Source of the DNA: Eutreptiella sp. 'Long Island Sound 2002'
Taxonomy: Eukaryota > Protista > Euglenida
DNA: 64,000 nt
Reading direction: 5' to 3'
NCBI GenBank assembly: GCA_964036045.1
Contig: OZ038379.1
Location: 44,206,001-44,270,000 of the forward strand
Under the pieces are notes generated by a model. It was given only the letters and a program-made list of their open reading frames with translations. It searched no databases and was not told the DNA's origin. The position numbers and the translations under genes were made by a program. Below, one piece after another: positions 38,580-51,817 of the stretch (position 1 is its first letter; each line of letters starts with the position of its first letter).

Positions 38580-39582
38580 GGACTGATCCAGACAGCCCAA
38601 TTTGAGGTCCACACCCCTGTTATTGCTGTACCCAAATTTGGGCGCAAGGAACTGAAGATTGACACGTGCATGGAGTATGGCCAATGCAGGCTCATCGATT
38701 GGGACCACGTGGCAGAGGAAAAGGAGGACTTACTGGCAAAACCTTCCTTGATTGCCGACTGCAGCTTCTGGTCTGGGACGACAAAGGTATGGGAATGTTG
38801 CCACGCAATTCGGCACCAGCGCAATTGCTTGTGTGGCCTGCCCCGTGTGATGTGCCATGCTGTTGTATTCAGTGGGAGCCCTGTTGCTGATTGGAGGCGA
38901 ACACAACGTTGCGGCGTATGATAAAATTTGAAAGGATGTAACAGCAAGGGTGGGCATGGTGGAGGACTGGATGACGGATTTTGACGTGCGCATCATCAAG
39001 TTTGATACATCCCTCGAGATCAGTTGAAAGCTGGCTCGACAACACAATAGGGCGCATCACAGTGCACGTGAGAGCTGTGTACCCCAACGTTTGAACAATT
39101 TCCTACCACTGGCGCCTAAGGACACACAATGTAAGAAGTCAATTGTCACCTTGATGTGTGAGGCAATCGTGGAGGCGGGGCTGACGGCGGAATCCGGCAA
39201 CGCGGAGAGAATCGTCAATCAAATGAGGCTAGCTGCCCATATGGCCTTGGCGTGTGGTACCTACTTCACGGACGCGCTCGGCAAGATAGTGGAAGGCAAG
39301 CAGGTGATTGCCCTTTATACAATGCGATGCTTTGCTGGAATGCAATTCGAAAGTTTGTGGCGCGTGTGTCACTACGCGGCCTCGCCAAAGAGTACAATAC
39401 CGGGCTTCCAGAAGTTAGCAAAGGAGCTGTGCGCGGGGGTCTTGTGGTGGTATCACTTTGGTCATCCCGACATGCTGGTTGAACGCACCCACCCTTCAAG
39501 ACGTATGTTGTTGCCTTGTAAACCACCTGTTTTTTCGACTGATTTGGATTCAGTCGGCCGCTACCAAAGAGAGCCTGCATGA
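38580..39582 (+). pseudogene. Decayed unknown ORF (Cys/His-containing)
   Basis: About 1 kb of protein-like frames (38670..38921 and 39091..39582) joined through stops or frameshifts. The family is not recognised. Confidence 0.35.
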
Positions 39583-39619
39583 AGTGTAATGACCGATTTT
39601 AGTGTGACACAAAGCAATT

Positions 39620-40640
39620 TGAGTCTGCTCGGCTCTGCAAAGCCCAGGGTCCAGTGCGATGCACATTGATTGTATCTAGGAAGACGCTATGCCTGTTGGA
39701 ACTTCCGTTACTTCACTCCCGATGACTGGTGCAACCTTGCCAGCTGATGTCCAAGAAAACCCCCCCCACCAAGACACCCCAAAAATTACCATTTTCTTTG
39801 TGCTCGGCTCTGCAGAGCCCGGGTCCAGCAGAATGACCAATTTCAGCCGTCAAGTTACGAATTTGAGAGTATTGGGCTCTCCAAAGCCCAGGATTCCATG
39901 GCATGCCCATTCACTGGATCGACAAATTCGCTGTGCCTGTTGGAACCTCCCCAAAATCACTCCTGATGACTGATGCAACCTTGCCTGATGACGTCCAAGG
40001 ACCCCCCACCCCCAAGAAACCCCCTAATTCGCCATTGTTGTCATGCTGGGCTATGTAGAGCCCACATCCAGCACATTGACCAATTTCAGCCGTGAAGTTA
40101 CCAATTGGAGAGTACTGCGCCCTGCAGAGCCCAGGATCCCATGGGATGCCAATTGACGGGATCTACAGAGACGCCGTGCTTGTTGCACTGTTGGAACCTC
40201 CGCAGCTTCACTCGTGATGACTGGCGCGACCTTCCCTGATGATGGCCAAGGACCGCCCCCCCTGAGGACGCCCCCAAAATTCACCATTTTGGTCATGCTG
40301 GGCTCTGCACAGCCAAGTGAAGCACATTGACCAATTTTAGCCGTCATAGTACCATCTTGTGAGTTCCGGGCTCTGCAGAGCCCAGGATCTCCTGGGATGC
40401 CAATTGACTGGATCTACAAAGAAGCTGTGCCTATTGAAACTCCCGCGACTTTTTTGATGTCCACCCGCACAACCTTGCCTCATGATGTCCCAGCATCCCC
40501 CCACCCCGACAACCCCCTCATTTGTCGATTTCGTCATGCTGGGCTTTGCAGACCTCACATGATGCACATTGACCCAGCTTAGCCGTCATATTACCAATTT
40601 AATAGTACTGGGCTCTGCAGCCCAGGATTCCAAGGAATGC
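39620..40640. repeat. ~245-bp tandem repeat (about 4 units), each unit with two GGGCTCTGCAGAGCCC-type palindromes
   Basis: Anchors at 39802, 40045, 40297 and 40538. The perfect palindrome is at 40368-40383. Confidence 0.85.
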
Positions 40641-40849
40641 AAATTTACGCTGTGCCACATCGCTGTGACTTGGTGGATCGCTGAATCCTGTTGCAACGTG
40701 CCCTCCTCTATGCCTCCTGTGCACACAGGCACTAAGACTGAAGTGGCTGGCATCTCTAAGAAGTTTAGGACCGTTTAGCGAGTTTTGGTGCATGGCAAGG
40801 GAGCTGGGAGTACAGCGAGGGCACGCCATGGCCACCCCTCCAAGCGCCG

Positions 40850-42078
40850 TTGAAGGCAGGTCTGTGGGTCAGCGATCAAGAAGATGTCGAAGCACATCGC
40901 AGACTGCTTGTGAGACCAGTGTTGAACCCGGCTATTGAGGTGTCTGGTCGCCAGGTGGCAAAGGTGAATGCCGGCAAGGGATCAGATCCTGAAGGACTTC
41001 GGGCGTACGGTGGATCGGTAACCGCAGTGCCCAATGAGATCAAAATGCTGAAGTACAATTCTGTCATTGCTGAAGTCCCGTGGCGAGGAAGGTGCATCCC
41101 CGGTGCGCAGATTGTGCTTCTGCTATCTCAAGGGGTACGCCGCGCCTTTCATCAACACCATGGGGATTTAGTCGCTTATGAACAACACTTACGTTCGCCA
41201 TTCCAAAATTTGTACCCAACAGTTTTGCGAATCGCTGTCTACAAAGTTGGACGCCGAGAAAAGTGGTATTTGTTCGAGTAGTCAACTCTGTTGCTTGTGA
41301 AAACCCATGGGCTGAGCCCTGCAGTGCCGCACTGCCTCACACGAAAGTCGTTGACTGAAGGTCCATGGCTCGGTCTAACTCCCCTGTGGTGGTTGGTGAA
41401 TTTGCTGGAGGACCCCAACGACGACTGGGATGACACGCACATGGATGTTGATGCATCGCGCTGCCTGTGGGCACTAAACTACGGCCGCCGCCCGGGACCT
41501 GATCAGTCTGTATTCACTTGCTTGCCCCGTTGAATTGCGCATGTGGTCCCTACAAGGCAGTAGATCTGGTGACCATGCTGCAGACAAGCGTCCGGAAAGG
41601 GGACACACAGGAGGATGTTGAGTGGCACGTGTCATGCACTGGGCAAGTACAGGCCAGCCTCTGTTCCAGCAGCGGGAGTACTCTGGCCAGGCAGTTGACT
41701 GGGACCCTAGAGAATCACAATTTGAGGCTGTTCGTTCCGCAAACTCCCAAAACAAAGGCCAAAACCGATAAACAACGACAGAGGGAGCAGGAGAAGGCTG
41801 AGTGCGAGTTGCAGAAGCAAGAGGAGGCACGGGAGCGGCAACGTAAAACGGAGGAGAAGGAGGAGGAGAAAAAGGCCAAAAAGGACGAGCGAGCAAATCG
41901 CAAGAGGAAAGAAGAGGAGGATAAACTGGCAGCGGCAGCCGCTGCGGCATCCCCACCACAGAAACAAGGGGCAGTTGAGGGGCTCCAGGGCACCTTCCAA
42001 CGTGGAGTCCCGGTTGGCTTATCCAGGAGCAACAGCAAGAGCAACAACAAGTGGCTGGAGGCCCCACATACCGATTGA
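40850..42078 (+). pseudogene. Decayed unknown ORF with a C-terminal charged coiled-coil
   Basis: 40850..41281 and 41291..41533 are in frame across one TAG, and a frameshift leads into 41518..42078 with an E/K/R-rich tail. Confidence 0.4.
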
Positions 42079-42249
42079 TCATGACTGTCGCTGGACCATA
42101 CCGGACATACATGCTGGAATTGTTAGCGCCTGATATGGCTGGGCCTGTCCTGTGCAATCCCAAACAGCTGTGGCAGCGTGAATGATTTATGCTGTTTGTC
42201 TCTGTAGGTGTTTGCGACTGAATTAGACTGTTATTTTCTTAATTTGCTC

Positions 42250-42400
42250 TGAGCCGGGCTTTGCAAAGCCCAGCGTGCCAGATTTGCTTGATTTGCCCCT
42301 GAATATGACGAATTTTGTACTGCTTGGCTCTGCAGAGCCCAGCATGCTGGTTCAGGTCAATTTGCATGCCGCCTGGTTGATCACAGTGTTGCTTTCATCT
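42250..42400 (-). repeat. Inverted single copy of the 245-bp palindrome unit
   Basis: GGGCTTTGCAAAGCCC (42256-42271) and TGGCTCTGCAGAGCCCAGCATG (42325 onward) are 69 bp apart, in mirror order to the array. Confidence 0.65.
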
Positions 42401-45400
42401 CAACAATGTCGCAATGTTCCTGTGTGAGTTTGGTTGTATCAGCACAACATTGTGCTATGACACTTCTTTTGGTACGTCCTTCGTGGGCAGAGTGTATGAG
42501 CTGTCGCGTTTCTTCACAATTTTAGTGCATATGAGGTGCCACGTTTGTGTGTATGACCCCCATATCCTCTGTTTATTTGCTATTTTTTCGCCACCTCATC
42601 ACCTCATGCGCAGCAAAGTCCAGATGCCATATGTACCCTTGATTGGTTCGTGACATGTTCTGCTACCTGTTCCTTGCCCCTGCAGAGCTGAGGCGAATAT
42701 GTTTGTCATATTGATTTTACCAGGTATGCCCAGTGTCCAATCTGCAGTGTGTATTTTGGGCACAGGTTTGCGTTTTTTCGCCGACCCACATTACATTTTG
42801 TGCTGTCATGTATGCCACAATTTCATTGAACTGTCCGGCCAGTGTTTTTTGATTTCACCAGCGGTTGACAGTGCCTATGTTGGGCAGTACTTTGACACTG
42901 TCCACTGTGCGATGATTCAATTTTAGGTGCCATTTGTGACTCGTTTTCGTTGGTGTCAACCATTTGTTGATAATTCCACATTTGCTCAGGATTTAATAGG
43001 GGTAACAATGTTTCTGTGTCCAGGTGTTAGTACGTGCTTCTGAAGCACATCTCGGGACACATTAGTCCATAGTCAGTACACCATCCAATTCTAGAGTTCT
43101 GACGGACCTCCTACAGCGCACGTAAAGGTTTTTACAATTTCTGTGCTTTGTTTTGTGTGTGTTTATGCTTTATAGTCGTCAGCTCGTGTGTAGGTAGCTT
43201 CCATGCCTTGTCTATGACTGGTGCTCTGGTGGTTTAACGCTTATGTGGGGACTGAAATTTCGGGGGGGGGGCATACAGTGCGATGCTTATGGTATCCGTT
43301 ACCACTGGTGGTCCGGCCTGTTTATCATTAGCGAAATTCATGTGTGCTTTCTGTTTTTTCTATTGAGCTGGGCTGTGCAGAGCTCAGCCAGTAGGAATTC
43401 TCTAGTTGAGGCCCTGTTACTACCTGGTTGCCTATGCATTGTTGTGTTGGTGTACAACCCTGTATTAGTACTCTTGTATTTAGTGAATTTCCTGTTTTTT
43501 GGGTCTGCACAGCCCAGCCTTTCAGAAATACTACTTTGCAGCCTCCTTTCATACAGTTGCTGTTCTCTGTTGTTATCGGGTACACCTTCTTCAAGGGCAG
43601 TCCATCTAAGGTCATCATTGCCGCCACAATGCTACGACTGCTAAGAGATCCGCAGCAGGTGCTGTTGACAAATAAGTGCTCCATTTGTGATATCAGACCG
43701 TGAAACATAATTTATCGCGGGGCCGGTCCATTTTCCGTAGTTCAGACCTCCAAAATGGGAAAACATAGTGGCTGCGCTTGTATGCTTTGCGGGCCCAAAA
43801 ATGGTGTTTTTTTGCTGCTTCGCACCACTAAATTGCGTGTCCTTGCTTCTCCCCATACACCCTGGCTGGGAACCACCCCTCTATTACGCTTGGCCATGCA
43901 GCAGAGAGGCTACGCTCTGTGCACGACGTGAGTTTTTTTTGAACAGACAATAAGGGGCACTATGGGCCTCCTAAGTTGTAGCCATTTGCCAATTTTGTGC
44001 CCGGCTATGAAGCATTAGAGACCTTTGAAACTGCTACGGTTGTGTTGCCAATTCCCCTCTTGTGCAGGAGTTTTGATCTTCGTCACTGCTGTAAAGTGTA
44101 GGGGAGCCCTCAGACGGCACGGGTTGTGTAGCCGGTGTACACACGTTTGGGCCAGTACTCATTTTCTCCCCCACCTTTGAAGCTTTGGGCACCCTGCAAA
44201 CGGCAGGGGTCCTGGAGTAGATTTGCTCACTTCTAGGTCGGTGCTGAGTGTTTCCGCTACCCCAAAATGTTACGGAGAGTCAAAGGGCAGGGATTATTTA
44301 CGCCGTTTGCCCACTCGTGGATCACCGCTCATTTTGCCTTCTGCTCAAAAGTGTAGGTGACACCCCACATGGTAGAGTTGATGTAGGCAACTCACCTACT
44401 TATGGGCCATTTCTAATTTCATCTTCAATCCTGAAGTGTAGAGTACCTATACATGGTAGACCTTATGCTGCCAAGCTGCCCATGCACGCCAGTGCTCATG
44501 TGGTCCCCACCCGTGAAACGTAAGAGACCCCCCGAACGTCATGTGTGATGTAGATCATGTGCCTATGTGTCCAGCAGCACTCATTTTGTCCTCCGCTCGG
44601 AAGCGCAAGGGAAACAAAAATGGCACCGTACAGCTTCCTTCGTTGCCCCAATGTGGGCCAATAACGATTTAGTTTGCTGCTTTGACGCGTAGTAGACCCC
44701 GAAGATGGCAATGGTAGTGTTGCCAGATTACCCGCTTGTAGGCCGGTGCTTATGACTCTGTGGTTGTGAAAGCGTCGGGACACTTGGACTACATATGTCA
44801 TGTACACAATGTACTGATTTCTCGGTCCATGCTGATTTTCTTTTCGGCGATCAAGCATTAAGGATCCTCCAAATGACTTAGGTTATGTAGCCATTTGCCC
44901 TCTTGCATGGGAGGTGTGCTTGTCTACCATACTCCGAACCAAAGGCAACCCCCCTTCCGGCCCAGGATATGTAGCCAAGTTGCCCACTATTGGGCGTATA
45001 TTTTGAAGTGCCGAAACTTCTTCACACAGGAGAGGTGTGTTGCCTAATTGACCAATGGTGGGCCGCAGCGCAGTTTGTTCCGCGTCATGAAGCGTAGGAG
45101 TCACCCCCCCCCGGCAACGCTGAGTTCTGTTCCCGATTTGCCCGCTTGTGGGTCACTTTTAGTTTTGTATTCCGCTCTAATGCACTGGCGACCCCCCCCC
45201 CCCCCAACGGCAGGGTTATGTAACCACTATGGCGAGTTGCGGGCCACGAGTGTTTTCATCTTTTGCTTGTAACGGTTGGAGAGCCGTCAAAAGGCACAGT
45301 TTAAGGAGCCCATTTGCCCATTTGCTTCTTTGGTCCCAGGCTCTGACTGTTCTGCATCTTTTGCTTGTAACGGTCGGAGAGCCCTCAAATGGCCTGGTTT

Positions 45401-47746
45401 ATAGAGGCCATCCGCCTATTTGCTTATTTCATCCCTGGCTGTAAAGCGGTCGGTACCCCCCCAACGGCATAGCTTATGTGGCCAATGACTCCACTTTCGG
45501 CCACTACCGATTATGTCCCTGAGTTGAAAAGGTTTGGGGACCTTCATGAGCATGTGGCCCGATTTGTACCTTGTGGGCCACCGGTGATATTGTCCGCCGC
45601 TCTGAACTGTTGGGTACCGCCTAGATAGTAGGGCCTGTGTAGGCAATTTGCCCAATTTTGGACCACTTCTGATTTTGTGCCCCGCTGTGAAGCGTAGAAG
45701 ACCCCGAAGAAGGCAAGGGTTGTGTTGCGATAATGCCCACTTGTTGGCCATTGTGGATGGTCATTTTGGCTGCCACTCGTTGCGCACTGCTAATTGTCTC
45801 TCTAGTTGTGAAGCGCTGCGGACCCTCGGATCACATGAGGTATGTACCCAATGTGTTGCGTTGTGGACCGCTACTAATATTTTTTTCGGCCATTGCGGAC
45901 CCTCCAAATGGCCTTGGTTATGTCGCCAATTGCCCTATTGACTGCTTTGCTTGGAAGTGTAGGGAACCCCCAACCAGCCAAGGATATGTAGCCAACTTGC
46001 CAACCTTTGGGCCAATTATCCCTTTCTCAAGCATTATGAAGCGCTGGAACCCTTCAGACAGCCGGGCTGTTTCGCCCAACTCCCCAGGTGTGGGCTGTAG
46101 CCGAGTTTTCTCGCCGCTGCGATCCCTAGGGCTCACATCCGCGGTGGGCACCGGTTGTGTTCCCGATTTACCCACTTCAAAGTCCCTTTTCGATTATTCT
46201 CCAGTGTGATGCATAAACGACCAAGCCCCACAACAGAAGGGGTTTTGTGCCCGATGTGGCTACTTGTGGGCCACTGCTGTTTTCATCTTATGCCTGTTTG
46301 GGTTGGGGACCCCTCAAGTGTGTCGCATTATTATGCCAAATTTGCCTATGTGTGGGCAACCACTTATTTTGTGACTGGCTCTAAGGTGTTCGGAACCCCG
46401 CGGAAGGTACACGTCATGTAGCCAATCAGCCCACTTCTAGGCCACTACTGAATATGTCCGTCGCTTAGAAAGGTTGGGAACCCTACAGACAGCAGGGGTC
46501 TTGTGGCCCATTTGCCACCTTGCGGGCCACTGATGATGTTGTCCCATGCTCTGAAGTGTTTGGTACTGCCTAGATGGCGAGGCGTGTGTGGCCAATCTGG
46601 CTCCTCATGGGCCATATGTGATTTTCGCTCCCGCGTTGAAGCGTAGAAGAAGGCAAGGGCAGTTTTGCCAGTGAGCCCCGTTGTTGGCCACTGTTAATCG
46701 TCGCTTTTGCAGCCACTCGTTTGCCACGGCTAATCGTCTGTGTGGTTGTGAAGTGGTGCCGGCCCTTGGGTTGCACGAGTCATGTATCCAATGTGCTGAA
46801 TTCTGGACCGGTGCTCATTTTCTCTCCGGTGATGGAGTATTAGGCACCCTTCAAATGGCCGGTGTTATGTAGCCAATTGCCCGCTTGCGGGTGACTTCTA
46901 ATTTTCTCCCGTGCTGTGAAGCGTGCGGAATCCGCCGTGCGTCCCGGGGTATTTAGCCAAGTTGCCCACACTCAGGCCACTTGTGAATTTTTCCACCCTC
47001 GAAATGGCAGGGGTGTGTTGCCCATTTGCCGAATTGAAGGCCGCAACCAAGTTTGTTCCCCGATCCCCCGCTAAGGGATCAGCCCCCCCCTCCCGGTTAT
47101 GTTCCCAATTTGCCCGCTTGTGGGTCAATTTGGATTGGTCCTCCTTGCTTATACATACACACACACACCCATTACGCAGGGGTTACGTACCCATTGTGCC
47201 GAGTTATGGGCCTCTGCTCAAATTACCTTCTGCCTGTAAGGGTTGGTGACCCCCCAAATGGCATGGATCGTAGAAGCAATTTGCCTATGTGCACGCCATT
47301 GCTTTTTTCCTCCTTGTTTGTGAAGCGTTTGGTACCCCTCCTACCGCACGGGTCATGTAGCCAATGAGCATGCTTTTCCGCCACTTCTGAATACGTCACT
47401 CAGGTAGAAATTTTGGGGACCCTACAGACAGCATGGGCCGTGTGGCCCATTTGCCACCTTCTGGGCCACCAGTGATGTTGTCCCCCCCTCTACAATGCTG
47501 GGTACCGCCGGGACGGCAAGCGTTGTGTGGCCAATTTGCCCACTTGTGAGCCACTTTTGATTTTCTCCCCCGCTTTGAAGCCTAAAACAGCCCGAAGAAA
47601 GCAAGGGTTGTGTTGCCAGTCTACCCATTTGTTGGCCACTGTTGATTACCTTTGTTGTTGCCAGTTGTTGCCCACTGCTAATTGACTCTTTGGTTGCGAA
47701 GTGCTACGGACCCTTGGGTCGCATAAGTGATGTACCCAAGGTCTTA

Positions 47747-49450
47747 GGCGGCTCAAGTTGCATGGTATAAAACGACGGAAAGTGCCCTAAATACACGGCC
47801 TGAAAAAACATCAAAAGAACCATTCTTTGGCTTGCAAAAAATCAAGCCGTTTTTGAAACACCAAAGAAACTCTTATGTAAGGAATTTTGGCCTTTTCTTG
47901 GTCCTGATGGGTCCAGAAAATGCTTTTTCTGGGGCAATGGACTGTTCTTTGCGCGAGGTCTCGCGCAAGGAGCAGTCCATTGCCCCTCCAAAGTCAGGTA
48001 ATGATGGTAGAATTGAGGAATCAAGCAGGCGCCTACACTGGAGTGACATTACAGGCACCCTTGACTTGATCACATTGTACAATATGTTTACGCGGGCGGA
48101 CATTCAGTGCTCTAAACAAGCCTCGCAAATCTAATTGATGACTCAAGAAATCATTTCAAATGTTGTTGCATTCCTAACAAAAGGAGCACATACGTTGGAG
48201 GTGTTGCACAGGGTGCATCCTTCAGCATTGCTCATGATGCACACCTGCCACAACTTATGGGGAGTGTCAAGCAAAAAAAAAAGAGTATCACTGGTAACAC
48301 ATGAAACATGTCCACTCAACAGATGACGCTCAGCTGGACAGGGACCCCCCTTGTAGCTTTGGCTGAAGAAAAATTGATCCTTCTGTTGTTCACTATAGAT
48401 CAAAGTAAAATGTGCAAAGAAAATATGAATTTGCCATGCGTGGCACTTTTTTGAGCGTTTGTTTGGGCCAAATAAACTGATATTTTAGAGAGTAAAATGC
48501 AATGTAGTGCAAACGACACCAATTATCAAGATGATGTTCGATACCTGGAGAAAGAAGGTGCCCTGGGGGAAGCAGTCTGCCAAGCGCAGGGGCTGACCAA
48601 GCCCAAAAAGAGTTTTTCCGCCTCCGGGGGGGGCAAGCTTCTGGTAAATTTCAATGACTGAACGACAATTTAGGTACTCGTTGCTTCAGTGAAGGTTGTG
48701 CACAAGCGCTATCAGATGAAAACCCATCACAATGGTACAAAGAATATATTTTCTGGGCCTTTTTTTGCGCGAGGCCTCGCGCAATGAGGACTGCAATGCA
48801 GTCCCAGAACTTGAAAGTCACAACCTATACCTCTTTCTTCAGGCAGTGCAAATCGAAAATCAAACCGTGGGCTGGGTACTAAGACCACTCGACCCTGAAG
48901 CCGTCTTTCCTAAGGAAAATGAATCGGGTCAGGTTTTTTTGTTTAGTAAGTTATGCGCGAGGCCTCGCGCATGGGGCAGCCCTTGAACCACATGTTGCAT
49001 ATGTTTTGCATTGATATTTAATCCGCCATGCTTCTGTTTCAATTATCCTTGGTCGTGATTGCGCGAGGCCTCGCGCATGGAATTCGATCAATAAATTATT
49101 TTTCCAGGTATGCAATGAACATGCAGAACAGAAAATGATGTTGCAATCATTTTTTCTGCAGACCATGTTCATCCAAAAAACAAGGGGAACACAAAATGTA
49201 TTTCTTGGCCAATTTCCGCTAAAAGCACATCATTTTCCGCTGCAATCATAAAGTTTATTTATTCTTTTCATAGTTTTGTTTTGTTTTCGGCTGTCCGAAA
49301 AAAGCCACGAAATGGCACAAATGGTAAGAAAGATACTTTCTTTGGACTAATATTCTGTTTTCAAACAACAGAGCCTGGGAAAAACTGTCTTTTTGCATGG
49401 TCCAAATTGGGTGCATTTGCTGTGATTTTGACCATGCAACTGGAGCCGCC
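47747..49450. mobile_element. Non-autonomous TIR DNA element (1704 bp, 20-bp TIR, flanked by TA)
   Basis: TA|GGCGGCTCAAGTTGCATGGT pairs with ACCATGCAACTGGAGCCGCC|TA (1 mismatch). The AT-rich interior is unrelated to the satellite, and no transposase motif was seen. Confidence 0.85.
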
Positions 49451-50619
49451 TAAGAAGCTGCTGACTTGTGGGCCGCTGCTGATTTTCTCTCCAGCAATTG
49501 AGCATTAGGGACCCCCCACATGGCTTGGGTGATGTAATTAACTGCCTTTCCTACTTTGAAGGCTAGGGAAGCGTGTGACCGACCCAAGATATGTGGCCAT
49601 TTTGCCCGGTTTCAGGCCAATTATGAATTGGTCCCGCTTTCTGAAGCTCCAGGGACTCTTCCGTCGGCAGGATGTGTCCCCCACTTGAGGGTCGGTTTTG
49701 ATTTGTCCACCACTGTGATGCATACACGACTGCTCCAGCCCTCCCCAAAAGAGGGGCTTGTGTACTCGTTGTTTTGACTTGTGGGCGACAGCTATATTCA
49801 TCTTCTGCTTGTAAGTGTTTCAGAGCCTCCAAATGGCGCGCATTGTGCAGCCAATTTGCCTATTTGCGGCCCCCTTTTTTTTTGTCACCGGAAGCGGTTG
49901 GTAGCCCCCCGGACGGCACGGGTCATGTAGCCAACAGGCCCATTCCGGGGCCACTACTGATCATGTCCCTCACTTAAAAAGGTTGGTGACCCTCCAGATA
50001 GCGTGGGTCCTGCGGCCCATTTGCCACCTTGTGGGCCGCCGCTGATGTTGTCACGTCCCCTGAAAGGTTTGGCACCACCTACACGGCAAGGCTTGTGGAG
50101 CCCATTTGTCCACAAGTGGGCCAAATCTGATTTCGCCCCCCCGTCTCGAGGCGTAAAAGAAGGCAACAGTTGTGTTGCCAATCAGCCCACTTGTTGGCCA
50201 CCGTTGACTGTCTCTTTGGGTGCCCTTCGTTGACCACTGCTAATGTCCTCTCTAGTTGTGACGCCCTCCGGGCCTTTCGACTGCACAAGTCATGCAACAA
50301 TGTGCTGAAATGTGGACTGCTGCTGATTTTCTCTCCGGTGATCCAGCATTAGGGACCCTCCAAGTGGTTGGGCTTATGTAGCCACTTGCCCTCTTGTGGC
50401 GGACTTCTGATATTCTCCTGGAGGATGAAGTGTGTTGAACCCCACGGCACGCCCGGGATGTGTAGGCAACACACCAGCTTCTGAGCAAAGTATGAATTTG
50501 TCATGCATTCCGAAGCACCGCAAACTCTTCAAATAGCATGGCTGTGTCCCCCATTTGCCCACTTGTGCGCCGCAGACAATTTTTCTCCCCCCTTTGAAGC
50601 ACAGGGGTGAGCCCCATAA

Positions 50620-51540
50620 GCGGGCCAGAAGCACATAGCAAGGAGGGGGGTGTGAGATACCGTGGTCGTAGCTTATCCGTAGCGTGCTGCACCCATGGGG
50701 TGGGGGGCGCTGGTTGCAGATCCGGGGTGGCCTGAAATGAGGCGGCCTGTATAGGTGTTGTGATCGTTAAATACTCGGGTATCTTCTGGTAGGATACATT
50801 TTGTTGCACGTCTACTATGTGAGGGTTCCGAGCTTGCCCAACCTTCCCACACCGCGCTTCGCTCGGACGCAATGCACAAGATATCAAGTGTGCTATGTCA
50901 GGTGTGAGTGTGAGCGGTGGCGGGAGTGAATGAACGCCGGGGTACTACCATACCTGAAACAGACGTGACTCCCGCATCACGGTTCTTTTCGTGGCAGAGG
51001 CGCAAGGCTTGCTGCTGCGGATCCACCCATCACGCGGTCAATCTTAGTTCTGGGGCGCAGAGAAACGGGGGAAGCCAAGACACACTAGGTGCCAGTCGCT
51101 CCTCGTGGTTTTTGAGTGTCGGCAAACAACCACATCGGGCAATAGCATACCGGTAACACACAAGTCTCCCACGCCATAGATCCTGGGTTCGAGACGCAGA
51201 GACATGCCGCCGGGTTTTATTTTTTGTGCAGGCAGAATCAACAGCCTAGCACCTCTCAATCCCTCCCGGCGTGACATGTACGGCGGGGTGACGAGCCTGG
51301 CGGGAGAGGAGCCCGAGCTAGCTCAACAATTCGACGCCGCGCCTTGCTTCGGCGCGATCCACAAGACATCAAGTGTACACAGGCAGGCGTAGGTACAGAG
51401 CCGTTGCACCATAGATTTGAAGTGAGGACTGAAGCGTGTGGTCAGTGATAGTCTTCAATGAACTGATGTGTGCGGAGCCGGATCCTGTGAGCGGGGGTAC
51501 CCGGTTAGCCAAGCATACGACTCTATGCCAGCCCAGAAGC
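50620..51540 (-). other. Non-satellite insertion with broken coding-like frames, origin unknown
   Basis: Satellite periodicity is lost over ~0.9 kb. The boundaries are approximate. Confidence 0.3.
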
Positions 51541-51817
51541 GGACCGTTAATGTTCCAGATCGGCCTACTGGTGGGTAACGTTTGATGTTTCCATGGCTCT
51601 AATGCATACACGACCCCCCCTGCCCCGATCGGCAGGGGTTCTGTACCCATTGTGCCGACTTTTGAGCCCTTGCCAGTTTTATCTCTTGCTTGTAAGTGTT
51701 TCCGAGCCTCCGCATGGCACGGATAATAGCGCCAATTTCCTTATTGGCGGGCAACTGGCTTATTTTGTCCCCGGCTTTGAAGCGTCTAGTACACCCCGAG
51801 CAGCACGGGTCATGTAG

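Noticed and set aside
39700-40260. CTGATGA hammerhead or box C-like cores (also at 26731 and 26831-26848)
   Set aside because: No stem II followed by GAAA and stem III could be built, and there is no convincing C/D box pairing.
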